A stretch of 54,891 bases of DNA, taken from the NCBI GenBank assembly GCA_035566815.1, contig DATMQL010000115.1, positions 1 through 54,891 of the forward strand. Direction: 5' to 3'. Positions within the stretch are counted from its first letter, which is position 1. The number at the start of each line of letters is the position of its first letter. Under the pieces are notes generated by a model that was not told the origin of the DNA, did not search any database, and worked only from the letters and a program-made list of their open reading frames with translations. The position numbers and the translations under genes were made by a program. Of this stretch, positions 16,767 to 28,495 are shown piece by piece. The DNA comes from Steroidobacteraceae bacterium (GTDB lineage: Bacteria > Pseudomonadota > Gammaproteobacteria > Steroidobacterales > Steroidobacteraceae).

Positions 16767-18500
16767 TCAGGCGTTGCTTGCCACGCGGACGCGGTGCGGG
16801 TGGTACGGTAGGACTTCCAGGATCTCTCCTTCTTTCAAACGCGCCTGTACGGTGCGCCAGAACTGCGCGGTCAGGATCTCGCCGTGCATTCTGATCAGAG
16901 CCTCCCTTTGTGAATCTGTAAAGGAGAGGAATCGGATGAAGGTCTCCGGGAATACGTCATTGTCGGCGACGTAGAACCAGGCCTCGCCGCGCATTTCGTC
17001 TTCGGGGTTGGTGGCCTGGGGCAGATCGCGGAAGTGGCAGTCGGTTATGGCGCAAAGCTCGTCGTAGTCATAGAAGATCACGCGGCCGTGACGCGTTACG
17101 CCGAAGTTCTTGAGCAGCAGGTCGCCTGCAAAGATGTTTGTGTAGGCGAGGTCACGGATGCATTGTCCGTAGTCGAGGACGGCGCTCTCGGCCGCTTTGT
17201 CGGAGGCGGTGCGCAAGTATAGATTCAGTGGAGTCATCCGGCGCTCGATGTACATGTGATCGAACACCAGGCTGGAGCCGTCCTCACGCACGGTCATCGC
17301 GGTCTCGCTCAACAACTCCTCCAGCAGCTCCGGAGCGAACAACTCTTTCGGGAATCGCAGGCGCCTGAATTCCTGCGCGTCGACCAGGCGTCCGGCGCGG
17401 TCGTGTTTGAAGACCAGCTGGTACTTGGCCATCACCTCTTCGCGCAGAACGGTCTTCGGATACGGGAATCGGTCACGGATGACTTTGAATACCACGTCGA
17501 ATGACGGCAGTGTGAAACACACCATGACGAGGCCGCGCTCGCCGGCGGCGTGCACGAACCGATCCCGCGTGTTGCTCAGATGGTGCATGAGCTCGCGATA
17601 GCGCTCGGTCTTGCCTTGCCTGGCGCGACCCAGAACCGTGAAGAGCTCACTCACCGGCTTCACGGGCAGGATGGATTTCAGAAACAGAACGGCTTCACCG
17701 ACACGCTCGAGATCCACGTGAAAGTAGGACCGTGTAAAGCTGAATACGATGCTGACGTCGCCCTCCGAAAGCATGACGGCGTCGACCAGGATCCCACCGT
17801 CGGTGTTCTTCAGGGCGATGACGAGCGGGAGCAGGAATTCGCGGCCTACGACGCGGCCCACGATGTAGGCGCGGGCTACCTGGTAAAACACCGGGCGAAT
17901 CATCTCCACCCGTAAAACTGTGCGGCGCTCGTTGCGCGCGTGGAGAAAGGCCGTTACTTCGTTCGCGACGTGCAGGATGCTGTTATCGAGATCTTTCCAA
18001 GGGGATCGGAAACGAACGTCGCCCAGTACATCTTCGAACAGGAGCGCTAGCGAGCCGTGGTTGAGGTAGGTGTTGCTTCCAACCGCGGACGTGATGTTCG
18101 CGAGCGGATCGAGGTCCGTCGCGACGAACTCGATTTCCGGCGCAACGCCCACCGTGCCGAACAGGCGGCGCGTGGTCGAACTGAAGAAAGTCTTGGCGAA
18201 TTCCGGATCGGGGAGGTTTTCGATTTCCGCGGTAAAGTCGTCGCGGATTTGAATCCATAGCAGGCGATCCAACGCGCGCTCGCCCAGTTTCGCCCGGAGC
18301 TCCGTGACGGCGCGATTCACAAACTTATCGTACAGATCGATGCGCTCTACCGCGTCTCGCTGACTTCCCTTCGAGTCACGAGCATCGAAACGCACCGGCG
18401 CCCGCCGTGTGATGGCTCGGAACTCAGCGTTGTAACGCACAAACGCCCCTGCGATCTCTCTCGCGCTGACGCGTGCGAGGGAGGATGGTGGGGTGGGCAT
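16767..18500 (-). CDS. aceK: isocitrate dehydrogenase kinase/phosphatase
   Basis: ORF 16767..18821, but the first 107 codons overlap the NUDIX gene. The ATG at 18500 gives 578 aa, the E. coli AceK size. Kinase-region motif GVTRHGRVIFYDYDE. Confidence 0.92.
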   Translation of the reverse strand: MPTPPSSLARVSAREIAGAFVRYNAEFRAITRRAPVRFDARDSKGSQRDAVERIDLYDKFVNRAVTELRAKLGERALDRLLWIQIRDDFTAEIENLPDPEFAKTFFSSTTRRLFGTVGVAPEIEFVATDLDPLANITSAVGSNTYLNHGSLALLFEDVLGDVRFRSPWKDLDNSILHVANEVTAFLHARNERRTVLRVEMIRPVFYQVARAYIVGRVVGREFLLPLVIALKNTDGGILVDAVMLSEGDVSIVFSFTRSYFHVDLERVGEAVLFLKSILPVKPVSELFTVLGRARQGKTERYRELMHHLSNTRDRFVHAAGERGLVMVCFTLPSFDVVFKVIRDRFPYPKTVLREEVMAKYQLVFKHDRAGRLVDAQEFRRLRFPKELFAPELLEELLSETAMTVREDGSSLVFDHMYIERRMTPLNLYLRTASDKAAESAVLDYGQCIRDLAYTNIFAGDLLLKNFGVTRHGRVIFYDYDELCAITDCHFRDLPQATNPEDEMRGEAWFYVADNDVFPETFIRFLSFTDSQREALIRMHGEILTAQFWRTVQARLKEGEILEVLPYHPHRVRVASNA

Positions 18501-18510
18501 ATCCACAGGA

Positions 18511-19140
18511 TCAGTCGAAGTCGGTGGGCAGGTCTCTGTTGAGCTGGTGCTCGTACATCCGCGCGATTTGTGAGGCGAGGGTACGTCCCGTGGAGAGTTC
18601 GGGAAGCGCGTGGATGGAGAAGAACTCCACCGCGTCGGTCTCGTCGGAAATCGTCGCGGTGCCGCCTGTGAGCTCGCACAGGAAGAACAGCTTGTAGATG
18701 TGGTGAACGGACGGCGGATGAGGGTGCCGGTTCTTGTCGACCAGGGCGGCCAGCTTGAGGGCCTTGGCGTGATAGCCGGACTCCTCGAAAATTTCGCGTA
18801 CGACCGCTTCCGAGGGGGCATCGTTCACGTCGACCCAGCCGCCTGGCAGGGTCCATTTACCGTCGGAGCGCTCGCGGACGAGCAACACCTTGTCTCCATC
18901 GAATGCGGCGCCGCGGACGTCCACCTTCGGGGTGGCGTAGCCGTCTTCGTGGTCCCAGAGGGCCTTGGCCCGACCGACTGGGATGTCGAGCTCGGAGGAA
19001 ATGATGGAGGCGACCAGTTCCTGCAGCTGCAGGTAACGCTGGCGATCGTAAGAATCGTGAGTGAAGGCGATGCCTGTTTGTGCGATGGCCTGCACTTTGC
19101 GCACCCAGGCGAGGATATTTTTGTCGTCTGATGTCGTCAT
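18511..19140 (-). CDS. NUDIX hydrolase with N-terminal helical domain
   Basis: ATG at 19140 (MTTSDDKNILAW...). Nudix box GGWVDVNDAPSEAVVREIFEESG. Sits 10 nt upstream of the aceK start and 79 nt downstream of the icd stop. Confidence 0.85.
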   Translation of the reverse strand: MTTSDDKNILAWVRKVQAIAQTGIAFTHDSYDRQRYLQLQELVASIISSELDIPVGRAKALWDHEDGYATPKVDVRGAAFDGDKVLLVRERSDGKWTLPGGWVDVNDAPSEAVVREIFEESGYHAKALKLAALVDKNRHPHPPSVHHIYKLFFLCELTGGTATISDETDAVEFFSIHALPELSTGRTLASQIARMYEHQLNRDLPTDFD

Positions 19141-19219
19141 GGCGCGCTTCTCTCGCATCGGCGGGGCTCGTCTCGAAGGCGGCCCGTTCGCCTCGGAACG
19201 GGCCGCTCGAGGTGTTTCA

Positions 19220-20527
<1,308 letters not shown>

Positions 20528-20689
20528 TGACGATTCTCCGGATGATTCATCGGCTACCGCGGATACGCGCCGCCGGGCTGGAAATGCTAGCACAGAGGTG
20601 CCGGCCGTAGTCTGAGGTCATCGGCGCGGCCTGCACAGGCGGCGGCGGGCTGCTCAATCGCGCTCCGCCGACCGCTGTGAGAGACTTCC

Positions 20690-20750
20690 CAGCCATTGCC
20701 CGCGCGTAGCGCAGCCTGAGCGAGCGTGCGGCGTCAACAGCAATTGCCCG
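20690..20750. promoter_or_regulatory. direct repeat CAGC(C/A)ATTGCCCG x2 in the icd / permease divergent region
   Basis: 20690-20702 CAGCCATTGCCCG and 20738-20750 CAGCAATTGCCCG match 12/13, with starts 48 bp apart. Confidence 0.25.
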
Positions 20751-20813
20751 GGGGTCTTGATGTCGTCAATCCTGCGCCAATGTTTTGCCGTGCGGCCGGT
20801 TACCGAGGCCGAC

Positions 20814-22208
20814 ATGACCGGCGGCAACCGTCTGAAAAGAGTACTGACCGCCTGGTCACTGACAGCGATCGGTCTCGGCGCGACGATCGGTACGGGCATA
20901 TTCGTGCTGACCGGCCAGGTGGCTGCGCACCAGGCCGGTCCGGCAGTGACTCTGTCGCTCCTGATAGCCGCCTTCGGAAGCGGCCTTGCGGCGCTGTGCT
21001 ACGCGGAGCTGGCGGCGTTCCTGCCGGTGCCCGGCAGTGCCTATAGTTACACCTACGCCACTCTGGGAGAGGCGGTGGCCTGGTTCATTGGCTGGAATCT
21101 GCTCCTCGAGTACGGGATGTCGGCGTCTGCAGTGGCCGTGAGCTGGTCTGCCTACACCGTCAATCTTCTCGAGAGTGCCCACATCCACCTCCCGACGCTG
21201 CTGACCAACGCACCTCTGGGATCGGATGCGAATGACCATGTGTTCGTGACTGGCGCGATCTTCAACCTCCCGGCGGCACTGATCATCGCGGCACTGAGCA
21301 CCGTGTGTTACGTGGGAATGCGCGAGACGGCGGGCGCCAACACGTTCATGGTGTCCTTGAAGGTGGCGATCATCGTCCTCTTCATCGTCGCGGGCATAGC
21401 TTACGTCAACCCTTCGAACTGGCATCCCTACATTCCGGCCAACACCCGGCAGTTTGGCCATTTCGGCTGGAGCGGCGTGCTGCAGGGCGCGGGTATCATC
21501 TTTTTCTCCTACGTTGGATTCGATACCGCTTCCACGACCGCGCTGGAAGCCCGCAATCCGCAACGTGATCTGCCCTTGGGCATCATCGCGGCACTGGTCA
21601 TCTCCACCGTCCTGTATGTCGCCATGTCCGCCGTCATCACCGGCATGGTGTCGTATACCCAGCTCGGTGTGGATGCGCCCGTTGCGGTCGCTCTCGATGC
21701 TCACCCGCAGCTCAAATGGCTCGGAATATTCGTGAAAATCGGAGCCATCGTCGGCATGACTTCCGTGGTTCTGGGCTCGCTCCTGGGCCAGCCGCGAATC
21801 CTGCTCGCGATGGCGGATGACGGCCTGCTCCCACCGGTGATGGCGCGCGTCCATCCACGATTCAAAACTCCACACGTGTCCACCGCGGTGACGGGCGTGA
21901 TCTTCGCACTGGTCGCGGGCATATTTCCGCTGGACATACTCGCCGATCTCATTTCCATCGGCATCCTGCTGGCGTTCTCGGTTGTCTGTATCGGTGTGCT
22001 CGTCTTGCGGCGGACGCGGCCCGATGTTCCGCGGCCATTCCGCGTTCCGTGGGCCCCCTTCACCTGCGTGTTGGGAGCCGTCTTCTGTGCCGGCATGACG
22101 TATTTCCTGTCGCGACCTACCTGGATGAGGCTGTTGTACTGGACGATTCTCGGATTTGCGATCTACGCCTCCTACGGTTTCAAACATAGCCGGCTGAGAA
22201 AGAGATGA
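20814..22208 (+). CDS. APC-family amino acid/polyamine permease (cationic amino acid transporter-like)
   Basis: ORF 20757..22208; ATG at 20814. N-terminal signature [17 protein letters not shown] and about 12-13 hydrophobic segments. Its stop overlaps the aguA start (ATGA). Confidence 0.85.
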   Translation: MTGGNRLKRVLTAWSLTAIGLGATIGTGIFVLTGQVAAHQAGPAVTLSLLIAAFGSGLAALCYAELAAFLPVPGSAYSYTYATLGEAVAWFIGWNLLLEYGMSASAVAVSWSAYTVNLLESAHIHLPTLLTNAPLGSDANDHVFVTGAIFNLPAALIIAALSTVCYVGMRETAGANTFMVSLKVAIIVLFIVAGIAYVNPSNWHPYIPANTRQFGHFGWSGVLQGAGIIFFSYVGFDTASTTALEARNPQRDLPLGIIAALVISTVLYVAMSAVITGMVSYTQLGVDAPVAVALDAHPQLKWLGIFVKIGAIVGMTSVVLGSLLGQPRILLAMADDGLLPPVMARVHPRFKTPHVSTAVTGVIFALVAGIFPLDILADLISIGILLAFSVVCIGVLVLRRTRPDVPRPFRVPWAPFTCVLGAVFCAGMTYFLSRPTWMRLLYWTILGFAIYASYGFKHSRLRKR

Positions 22209-23323
22209 CGCAGACGCTGACATCGACGCCCGTCGCTGACGGCTTCTGGATGCCGGCGGAGTTCGAGCCGCATGCGGGTTGCTGGATGTTGTGGCCGGAA
22301 AGGCCGGACAACTGGCGGGAAGCGGCGCGGCCCGCGCAGCACGCTTTCGCGGCTGTTGCCGGGGCTATCGCGGAGTTCGAGCCGGTGACCGTCGGTGTCA
22401 GCTCGAGCGAGTTCCAGGTCGCCCGCGCATTGCTCGACCCCCGGGTACGCGTGCTCGAGATGTCGCACGACGACTGTTGGATGCGCGACGTGGGGCCGAC
22501 ATTTGTCGTGGATCGGCGCGGCGCCGTGCGCGGCGTGGACTGGCATTTCAATGCCTGGGGCGGCTCACAGGGGGGCCTGTATTTCCCCTGGGACCAGGAT
22601 GATCTGGTCGCGCGTAAAGTGCTCGAGATCGAGGGCCGCGATCGCTATCGCGCGCCCGTCGTGAATGAGGGAGGCGCGATCCACGTCGATGGTGAAGGGA
22701 CCGCTCTCGTCACCGAAGAGTGCCTGCTGAACATCAATCGCAACCCCTTGTTGAGTCGCAAGCGGGTGGAAGACTACCTGCGCGACTATCTGAACGTGGC
22801 GCGGATCATCTGGCTCGGCAAGGGCGTCTTCAATGATGAGACCGACGGACACATCGACAACCTGGCCTGCTTCGCACGGCCGGGAGAGATCTGTCTCACC
22901 TGGACCGACAACAAGCGTGATCCGCAGTACGCGATTTCTCACGATGCGTGGGAGCGCCTGCATGACGAGCGGGACGCGAAGGGGCGGCGACTGAAAGTGA
23001 CGAAACTACCGATGCCGGGTCCGCTGACGCTGAGTGCCAAAGAGGCGAGCGGCATCATTCCTCGCGAGGGCACGAAGCCGCGCGAGGCCGGCGAGCGTCT
23101 CGCCGCGAGTTATGTAAATTTTTATATCGCCAACGGCGGTATTGTCATGCCGCTGCTCGACTCCCGCACCGACCGTGCGGCCGTGTCCCGTGTGAAGCGC
23201 TTATTTCCCGACCGGCGCGTGTTGGGAGTGCCGGCGCGGGAGGTTCTGCTGGGCGGCGGCGATATTCACTGCATCACCCAGCAGGTTCCCGCGGCCGGGA
23301 TCAAGCGGCAGCCGCCGCAATAG
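22205..23323 (+). CDS. aguA: agmatine deiminase
   Basis: The N-terminus [41 protein letters not shown] and the catalytic Cys in [11 protein letters not shown] are typical of AguA (peptidyl-arginine deiminase fold). Confidence 0.9.
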   Translation: MTQTLTSTPVADGFWMPAEFEPHAGCWMLWPERPDNWREAARPAQHAFAAVAGAIAEFEPVTVGVSSSEFQVARALLDPRVRVLEMSHDDCWMRDVGPTFVVDRRGAVRGVDWHFNAWGGSQGGLYFPWDQDDLVARKVLEIEGRDRYRAPVVNEGGAIHVDGEGTALVTEECLLNINRNPLLSRKRVEDYLRDYLNVARIIWLGKGVFNDETDGHIDNLACFARPGEICLTWTDNKRDPQYAISHDAWERLHDERDAKGRRLKVTKLPMPGPLTLSAKEASGIIPREGTKPREAGERLAASYVNFYIANGGIVMPLLDSRTDRAAVSRVKRLFPDRRVLGVPAREVLLGGGDIHCITQQVPAAGIKRQPPQ

Positions 23324-23334
23324 TTGGGCTGCCT

Positions 23335-24072
23335 TTACAGCAGGCGTTGGGCCAGGTCCAACCAGGACCTCTGCGCTTTGCGATAGTGTGCGGGCGCGAT
23401 GCGCGATTGCTCGAGCAACTCGCGCGCGACTTTCTGTGCCTCGTCGCTGCGTCCCTGGGATTGCAGAAGCTGCGCATAGCGCACGGCGGCCTCCGCACCG
23501 GGATATGACGGCGCCAGCGTCCGGTATTCCTCCAACGCTTTCTGGAAGTTGCCTTCCGTCTCCAGCGCGCGGGCGTAGAGGAGATGTCCCTCCGGCGAAC
23601 GGAAATCCGGATTCAGGCGAATGAGGTCATCGAGTGTGGTGCGCGCCGCGACCGCATCGCCCTTGGCGAACTGGGTCCGCGCGATGCCGAGCATGAGGTT
23701 GGGATCATGCTCGTAAAGACCCGTCAGCGCCTGGCGATATTGCGCGATGGCCTCGTCATGCTGACCGTGACGCGAGAGCTCCTCCGCATAGCGCTGCCGG
23801 CTGGCGACGTTGCTGCCGACGCGGACTTCGCTTTCGTAACGCCGAAGGTCTGCGGTCGGATCCATCGCTTTCTTGAAGCCGCGCGTGGTGCGTTGGGCTG
23901 TGCGGCTTCGGAACAGGTCGGGCAGGATCTCTATCGCGAAGTAGGCAATCATCCCCGGTACGGCCAGGACCGGCAGGATCAGCACCCAGATCCACAGTTG
24001 GTTCCGGCCCGTCTTGATGACGTGGATGATGAAACCCGCCTGGACGGCAATGGACAGGATCAGGAACAGCAT
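23335..24072 (-). CDS. membrane-anchored TPR protein with PLDc_N-like N-terminal 2-TM domain
   Basis: The N-terminus LFLILSIAVQAGFIIHVIKTGRNQLWIWVLILPV...AYFA has two TM helices. The remaining ~170 aa are TPR-like helical repeats. Confidence 0.6.
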   Translation of the reverse strand: MLFLILSIAVQAGFIIHVIKTGRNQLWIWVLILPVLAVPGMIAYFAIEILPDLFRSRTAQRTTRGFKKAMDPTADLRRYESEVRVGSNVASRQRYAEELSRHGQHDEAIAQYRQALTGLYEHDPNLMLGIARTQFAKGDAVAARTTLDDLIRLNPDFRSPEGHLLYARALETEGNFQKALEEYRTLAPSYPGAEAAVRYAQLLQSQGRSDEAQKVARELLEQSRIAPAHYRKAQRSWLDLAQRLL

Positions 24073-24115
24073 TCAAATCTCCGCAAACGTAAAGCGTGGT
24101 CGTCGCGCATTGAGC

Positions 24116-26113
24116 CTAACTTCCGGGCCGGCGCGCCACCGGCAGCGTGAAGGCGATGACATAGTCACCGCGTGGCGTATTGAGAACGCCGTGTCCGCCG
24201 GCCGCGATGACAATGAACTGTCGTTGGTCGCGGCCCGCACGATAGGTCATCGGAGTCGCCTGTCCGCCGGCCGGAAGGCGATGTTTCCACAATTCGCGCC
24301 CGGTCTCGATGTCGAAGGCCCGAAAATAGCTGTCCATTGCCGCTCCGACAAAGACCAGGTCGCCGGCGGTCGCGATGGGTCCGCCCATATTGGGCATCCC
24401 GAAATCCCGCGTCGGCGCGAACCAGGGGCCGACGCCCGCGGTCGAGCCCAGCGGTACCTGCCACACTATACGATTGCGGCGCAGGTCGACGCTCACAAGG
24501 GTACCCCACGGCGGGGACGTGCACGGCAGGCCCCACGGCGACAGGAGCGGCTCGCGGCGCATCGCATAGGGTGTGCCCGCCTGCTTTGCGAATTCGGAGT
24601 TGGGAAAGTTCCCGGAGCGCATCTGGTCCTGCAGTTCGGCCTGGGGAACCAGTGTTACCAGCATCGGCAGGTGGTTCACGGCCGCGATCACGCGTTGCCG
24701 TGGCTCGTCGAATACGATGCCACCCCAGTTGACGCCGCCGATATAGCCCGGCGAAACGATGGTGCCTTGAGGATCCGGAGGCGTGAAGATGCCCTCGTTA
24801 CGATGTTCCGAGAGGAGGTCGCGACACTTGCCCCGGTCCCAGAACGTAACCCCCCAGGCGTCGGCGGGATCGACCGGTTTCTGTGAGACCAGCGAGGCAA
24901 TGGAGGAGAAGGGTTGTGTTGGCGCGGCCTGCTCGCCCGCGACGAAGCTGGGTGGCACGGGTTTCTCGGTGATCGGAAACAGGGGCTGGCCCTTGGTCCG
25001 ATCAAACACATAGAGCATGCCGGTCTTGGTGGCCTGGATGACCGCCGGCACGGGGACGCCCTGGACTTCGATGTCGCCCAACACGGGTTGCGCGGCGAGA
25101 TCGTAATCCCACAGATCGTGATGCACCAGCTGCTGGTGCCATACCAGTTTGCCGCTCTTCGCATCCAACGCCAGGAGCGAGTCGGCGAAGCGATTGCTGC
25201 CGAGGCGGGTGCCGCCGAAGAAGTCGGGGCTCGCGGAGCCTGTTGGGACCAGGACCAGGCCGCTGTCCTCATCGATGGACATCGGGCCCCAGGAGTTGCC
25301 CGCGCCGGTCGTGGCGGCCTGCGCGAGATTCCACTCCGCGGCGGCGGGGTGCGACGGCGAGTCCGGTATGGGATCGAAGGCCCAGAGCAGCGCACCGTTG
25401 CGGGCATCGAAGGCGCGGATGACGCCGCGTTCCACGTCGGATGCCCTGTTGTCACCGATCGCGGAGCCGACCACAACAACATTGCCGTAGATGGCGGGCG
25501 GCGACGTCACCAGGTAGTCAGACCTGTCGAGGATGCGCAGACCGTTGGTGAGGTCAACCTGGCCGCCGCTGCCGAAATCCTTACAGGGCTCGCCGGTCCC
25601 GGCATCGACTGCCAGTAAACGAGCATCCAACGTCCCCGTGAACACCCGGCGCGTACAGGCACCTGAGTGCTTGCTGTCCGGATCCTCCCAGATACTCACA
25701 CCGCGTGAGCTTGCCTCGGCATAGGGGCGTGATCGATCGATATGGGGATCGAATCGCCAGCGCTGCACCCCGGTTTCCGGGTCGAGCGCGATCACGATGT
25801 TCGTCGGGGTCTCGAGATAGAGGAGGCCGAATGCCAGCACGGGCGTCGCCTCGAAGGACAGTTTGTTGGCGCGAGCGAAACCCGCACCGTTCTCCCCGGT
25901 CTGATAAGTCCATGCAACGGTGAGGTGCGTGACGTTCTTGCGGTTGATCTCGTTGAGGCTCGAGAAGTGCTGGCCGAACGTGTCGCCGCCGTAATAGCCC
26001 CAGTCGCTGGCGTCGGGCGTCTGAGCGAATGTCGCACCCCCTGTCACGACCGCGCAGGCCGTGGCCGTTACAATTACGGCACGGCGAGATCCTAAGTGCT
26101 TAAGCGTCCCCAA
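24116..26113 (-). CDS. periplasmic PQQ-dependent dehydrogenase (quinoprotein glucose/alcohol dehydrogenase family)
   Basis: TTG start at 26113 and a signal peptide ...GGATFAQT. Repeated beta-propeller motifs (ALDPETGVQRWRF, AVDAGTGEPC, ALDAKSGKLVWHQ, AFDIETGRELWKH). Confidence 0.85.
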   Translation of the reverse strand: MGTLKHLGSRRAVIVTATACAVVTGGATFAQTPDASDWGYYGGDTFGQHFSSLNEINRKNVTHLTVAWTYQTGENGAGFARANKLSFEATPVLAFGLLYLETPTNIVIALDPETGVQRWRFDPHIDRSRPYAEASSRGVSIWEDPDSKHSGACTRRVFTGTLDARLLAVDAGTGEPCKDFGSGGQVDLTNGLRILDRSDYLVTSPPAIYGNVVVVGSAIGDNRASDVERGVIRAFDARNGALLWAFDPIPDSPSHPAAAEWNLAQAATTGAGNSWGPMSIDEDSGLVLVPTGSASPDFFGGTRLGSNRFADSLLALDAKSGKLVWHQQLVHHDLWDYDLAAQPVLGDIEVQGVPVPAVIQATKTGMLYVFDRTKGQPLFPITEKPVPPSFVAGEQAAPTQPFSSIASLVSQKPVDPADAWGVTFWDRGKCRDLLSEHRNEGIFTPPDPQGTIVSPGYIGGVNWGGIVFDEPRQRVIAAVNHLPMLVTLVPQAELQDQMRSGNFPNSEFAKQAGTPYAMRREPLLSPWGLPCTSPPWGTLVSVDLRRNRIVWQVPLGSTAGVGPWFAPTRDFGMPNMGGPIATAGDLVFVGAAMDSYFRAFDIETGRELWKHRLPAGGQATPMTYRAGRDQRQFIVIAAGGHGVLNTPRGDYVIAFTLPVARRPGS

Positions 26114-28486
26114 GGTCGAGTTTCCGTGGCTGCATGCTGGTATTCTTGCGTGGTGATTTCACCACGGGCGGTCAGGCCCCGTCTCGGGGTATTCGGCGTC
26201 ATTTGTGCGGCTTTCGGGCTCGCCGCATCAGCCGTCACCTTCGCGCAGGAGGCCCCTGACACCGCTCCTCCGACCGCCTCTGCGCCTCCCCATCGGCCCC
26301 GTATCGGCCTCGTCCTGTCGGGCGGCGGTGCGCGTGGCATCGCCCATATCGGCGTACTGAAGGTACTGGAAGAGCAGCACATTCCGATCGATGCGATCGC
26401 CGGCACCAGCATGGGGGCCGTGGTGGGTGGTCTCTACGCGAGCGGCCTCACCGCGCGTGAGATCGAGGGCATCATGAGCTCTCTCAATTGGCAGGACGCC
26501 TTCCGTGACCGGCCGCCTCGCGAGGATCTCACGCTTCGGCGCAAGCAGGAGGATGAGAATTTTCTGGTCAAGTTCCCGTTGGGCATTCGCGGCCACAAGT
26601 TATTGCTGCCCAAGGGTCTGATCCAGGGGCAGCGGCTCAACCAGATTCTGCGGCGTCTCACCCTGCCGGTGGCGCGGATCACAAACTTCGACGAGTTGCC
26701 GACGCCTTTCCGGGCCCTCGCCACCGACCTCGAGACAGGCGACGGGGTCACTATCGCCTCGGGCGATCTCACGAGCGCAATGCGCGCCAGCATGTCCGCG
26801 CCCGGTGTCTTCGCGCCCGTCGAGCGGGACGGGCGTCTGCTCGTGGACGGTGGGATAAGCGAAAACCTCCCTGTCGACATCGCGCGGTCCATGGGTGTCG
26901 ACATTCTCATCGTGGTGGATGTCGGATCGCCCCTTCTGACACGGGAGAAGCTCAACAGCGTGCCGGTCATCTCGAACCAGATGATCGCCATCCTCATTCA
27001 ACGCAATTCCAGGCTGCAGCTCGATAAGCTCCAGGCGCAGGACATCCTGATCGCGCCTCCGTTGGGTGACACGTCGTCATTCGATTTCGGCAACGTCAAG
27101 CGTGTCATTGCGGTGGGCGAGCGCGCCGCGCGCGCTTCGGTGGCGCGCTTCGCAGCGCTCGCCATGACGCCGCAGGAAACGGCGCGTTATGCACAGCGTC
27201 GCGAGGATGCGCGCCAGGTGACCCCGCCGCGTATCGATTTCGTGCAGGTGGACTCGGGCTCGAAAAACTACTCGGAGCGTCTCAACAGCCTGTTCGACGA
27301 TCTCACCGGCAAGCCGCTCGACCCGGATGCGCTGGCGCGCCGGATGACGACGCTCTACGGCGAGGGCAGTCTCGACACGCTCGACTACCAGGTCGTGCAG
27401 GAAAACGATCACTACGGGCTGCAACTCGACGCGCGCGGGAATTCGATAGGCCCGAACTACGTGCGCTTCGGGCTCAGCCTGCAGGAGGATTTCCAGGGCA
27501 CCTCGACTTATGACGCCGCGATGCGCTTCGTGATGTCGGAAATCACGCGGCCGGGTGGTGAGTTCGTATGGGATCTGCAGGTCGGGCAGACCTCGCTGGT
27601 GGCGACCGAGTTGTTTTTGCCGTTCTCGGAGTTTTCCGGCTGGTTCGTCGATCCGCACGCCCAGATCGCCGCCAGCAACGTGCCGCTGTTCGGCAATCAG
27701 AGCCAGGCCGCCGGCGCCGGGAAAACCAACTCCGCGGTGAATCAGACCCAGATCGCGCAGTACCGGCTGCACACCTACGAGTACGGCATCGACGTCGGCA
27801 AACAGTTCGGCAACTGGGGCGAGATCCGCACCGGAATTCAACGCGAGGAGGGTCACTCGCACCTGGAGATCGGCGACCCGAGCGACCCGCTGTTGAAGAG
27901 TCAGCCGAATCAGGACTTCAGCGTGCACGATTACTTCGTGCGGTTCTCCTACGACCGACTCGACAATGTGAATTTCCCACACAGCGGGCAGCAGGCCTCG
28001 TTGCAATGGGATGCCGACCGTAACGTCACCGGCGTCGACAACGTCACCAACCAGGTGGCTTTCAGTTACGTCGGCGCCGCCTCGTTCGGACGTGACACGC
28101 TGGTGCTTTCGGCCAACGCGGGCCTGACATTGGAAGGCAATGTCAACGACGTCCGACTGTTGTATCCGCTCGGCGGCTTTCTGAATCTTTCCGGACTGAG
28201 GGCGGACTCGCTCCTGGGGCCGGATTTTGCGATCGCACGCGTTCTGTACTACCGGCAGGTGGGACGCGGCGGCCCGGGATATTTCGACTTCCCGACCTAC
28301 GTCGGCGTCTCGTTCGAGGACGGCAATGTCTGGCAGAGCCGCCGGGATATCACGTTGGGGAATACACGCAAGGACGCCAGCATTTTCCTCGGCATCGACA
28401 CCTTCCTGGGGCCTATATACGTCGCTACCGGCTTTGACCAGCACGGTAACCAGGCATTTTATTTATTCCTGGGACGGACGTTCTAG
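26096..28486 (+). CDS. patatin-like phospholipase fused to POTRA/Omp85 beta-barrel (PlpD-like, type Vd autotransporter family)
   Basis: Patatin motifs GLVLSGGGARG, GTSMGAVVGG and LLVDGGISENLP. The C-terminal ~400 aa are beta-barrel-like and end in GRTF. The true start is probably a downstream GTG (26126 or 26153), ahead of the signal peptide RPRLGVFGVICAAFGLAASAVTFA. Confidence 0.82.
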   Translation: MLKRPQGRVSVAACWYSCVVISPRAVRPRLGVFGVICAAFGLAASAVTFAQEAPDTAPPTASAPPHRPRIGLVLSGGGARGIAHIGVLKVLEEQHIPIDAIAGTSMGAVVGGLYASGLTAREIEGIMSSLNWQDAFRDRPPREDLTLRRKQEDENFLVKFPLGIRGHKLLLPKGLIQGQRLNQILRRLTLPVARITNFDELPTPFRALATDLETGDGVTIASGDLTSAMRASMSAPGVFAPVERDGRLLVDGGISENLPVDIARSMGVDILIVVDVGSPLLTREKLNSVPVISNQMIAILIQRNSRLQLDKLQAQDILIAPPLGDTSSFDFGNVKRVIAVGERAARASVARFAALAMTPQETARYAQRREDARQVTPPRIDFVQVDSGSKNYSERLNSLFDDLTGKPLDPDALARRMTTLYGEGSLDTLDYQVVQENDHYGLQLDARGNSIGPNYVRFGLSLQEDFQGTSTYDAAMRFVMSEITRPGGEFVWDLQVGQTSLVATELFLPFSEFSGWFVDPHAQIAASNVPLFGNQSQAAGAGKTNSAVNQTQIAQYRLHTYEYGIDVGKQFGNWGEIRTGIQREEGHSHLEIGDPSDPLLKSQPNQDFSVHDYFVRFSYDRLDNVNFPHSGQQASLQWDADRNVTGVDNVTNQVAFSYVGAASFGRDTLVLSANAGLTLEGNVNDVRLLYPLGGFLNLSGLRADSLLGPDFAIARVLYYRQVGRGGPGYFDFPTYVGVSFEDGNVWQSRRDITLGNTRKDASIFLGIDTFLGPIYVATGFDQHGNQAFYLFLGRTF

Positions 28487-28495
28487 ACGTTCTAG
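28478..28495. repeat. 9-bp tandem duplication ACGTTCTAG x2 spanning two convergent stop codons
   Basis: 28478-28486 contains the patatin stop TAG. 28487-28495 contains the stop (CTA on +) of the 88-aa minus-strand ORF. Confidence 0.9.

Noticed and set aside
11661-16810. The TACGGTA 7-mer as a significant motif by itself.
   Set aside because: The same 7-mer also occurs inside potG (11661-11667) and aceK (16804-16810). Only the extended palindromic intergenic versions are reported, and with modest confidence.
18501-18821. N-terminal extension of the aceK ORF, overlapping the NUDIX gene.
   Set aside because: The extension is Ser/Thr/Pro/Arg-rich with no homology. The ATG at 18500 gives the canonical 578-aa AceK and removes the overlap.
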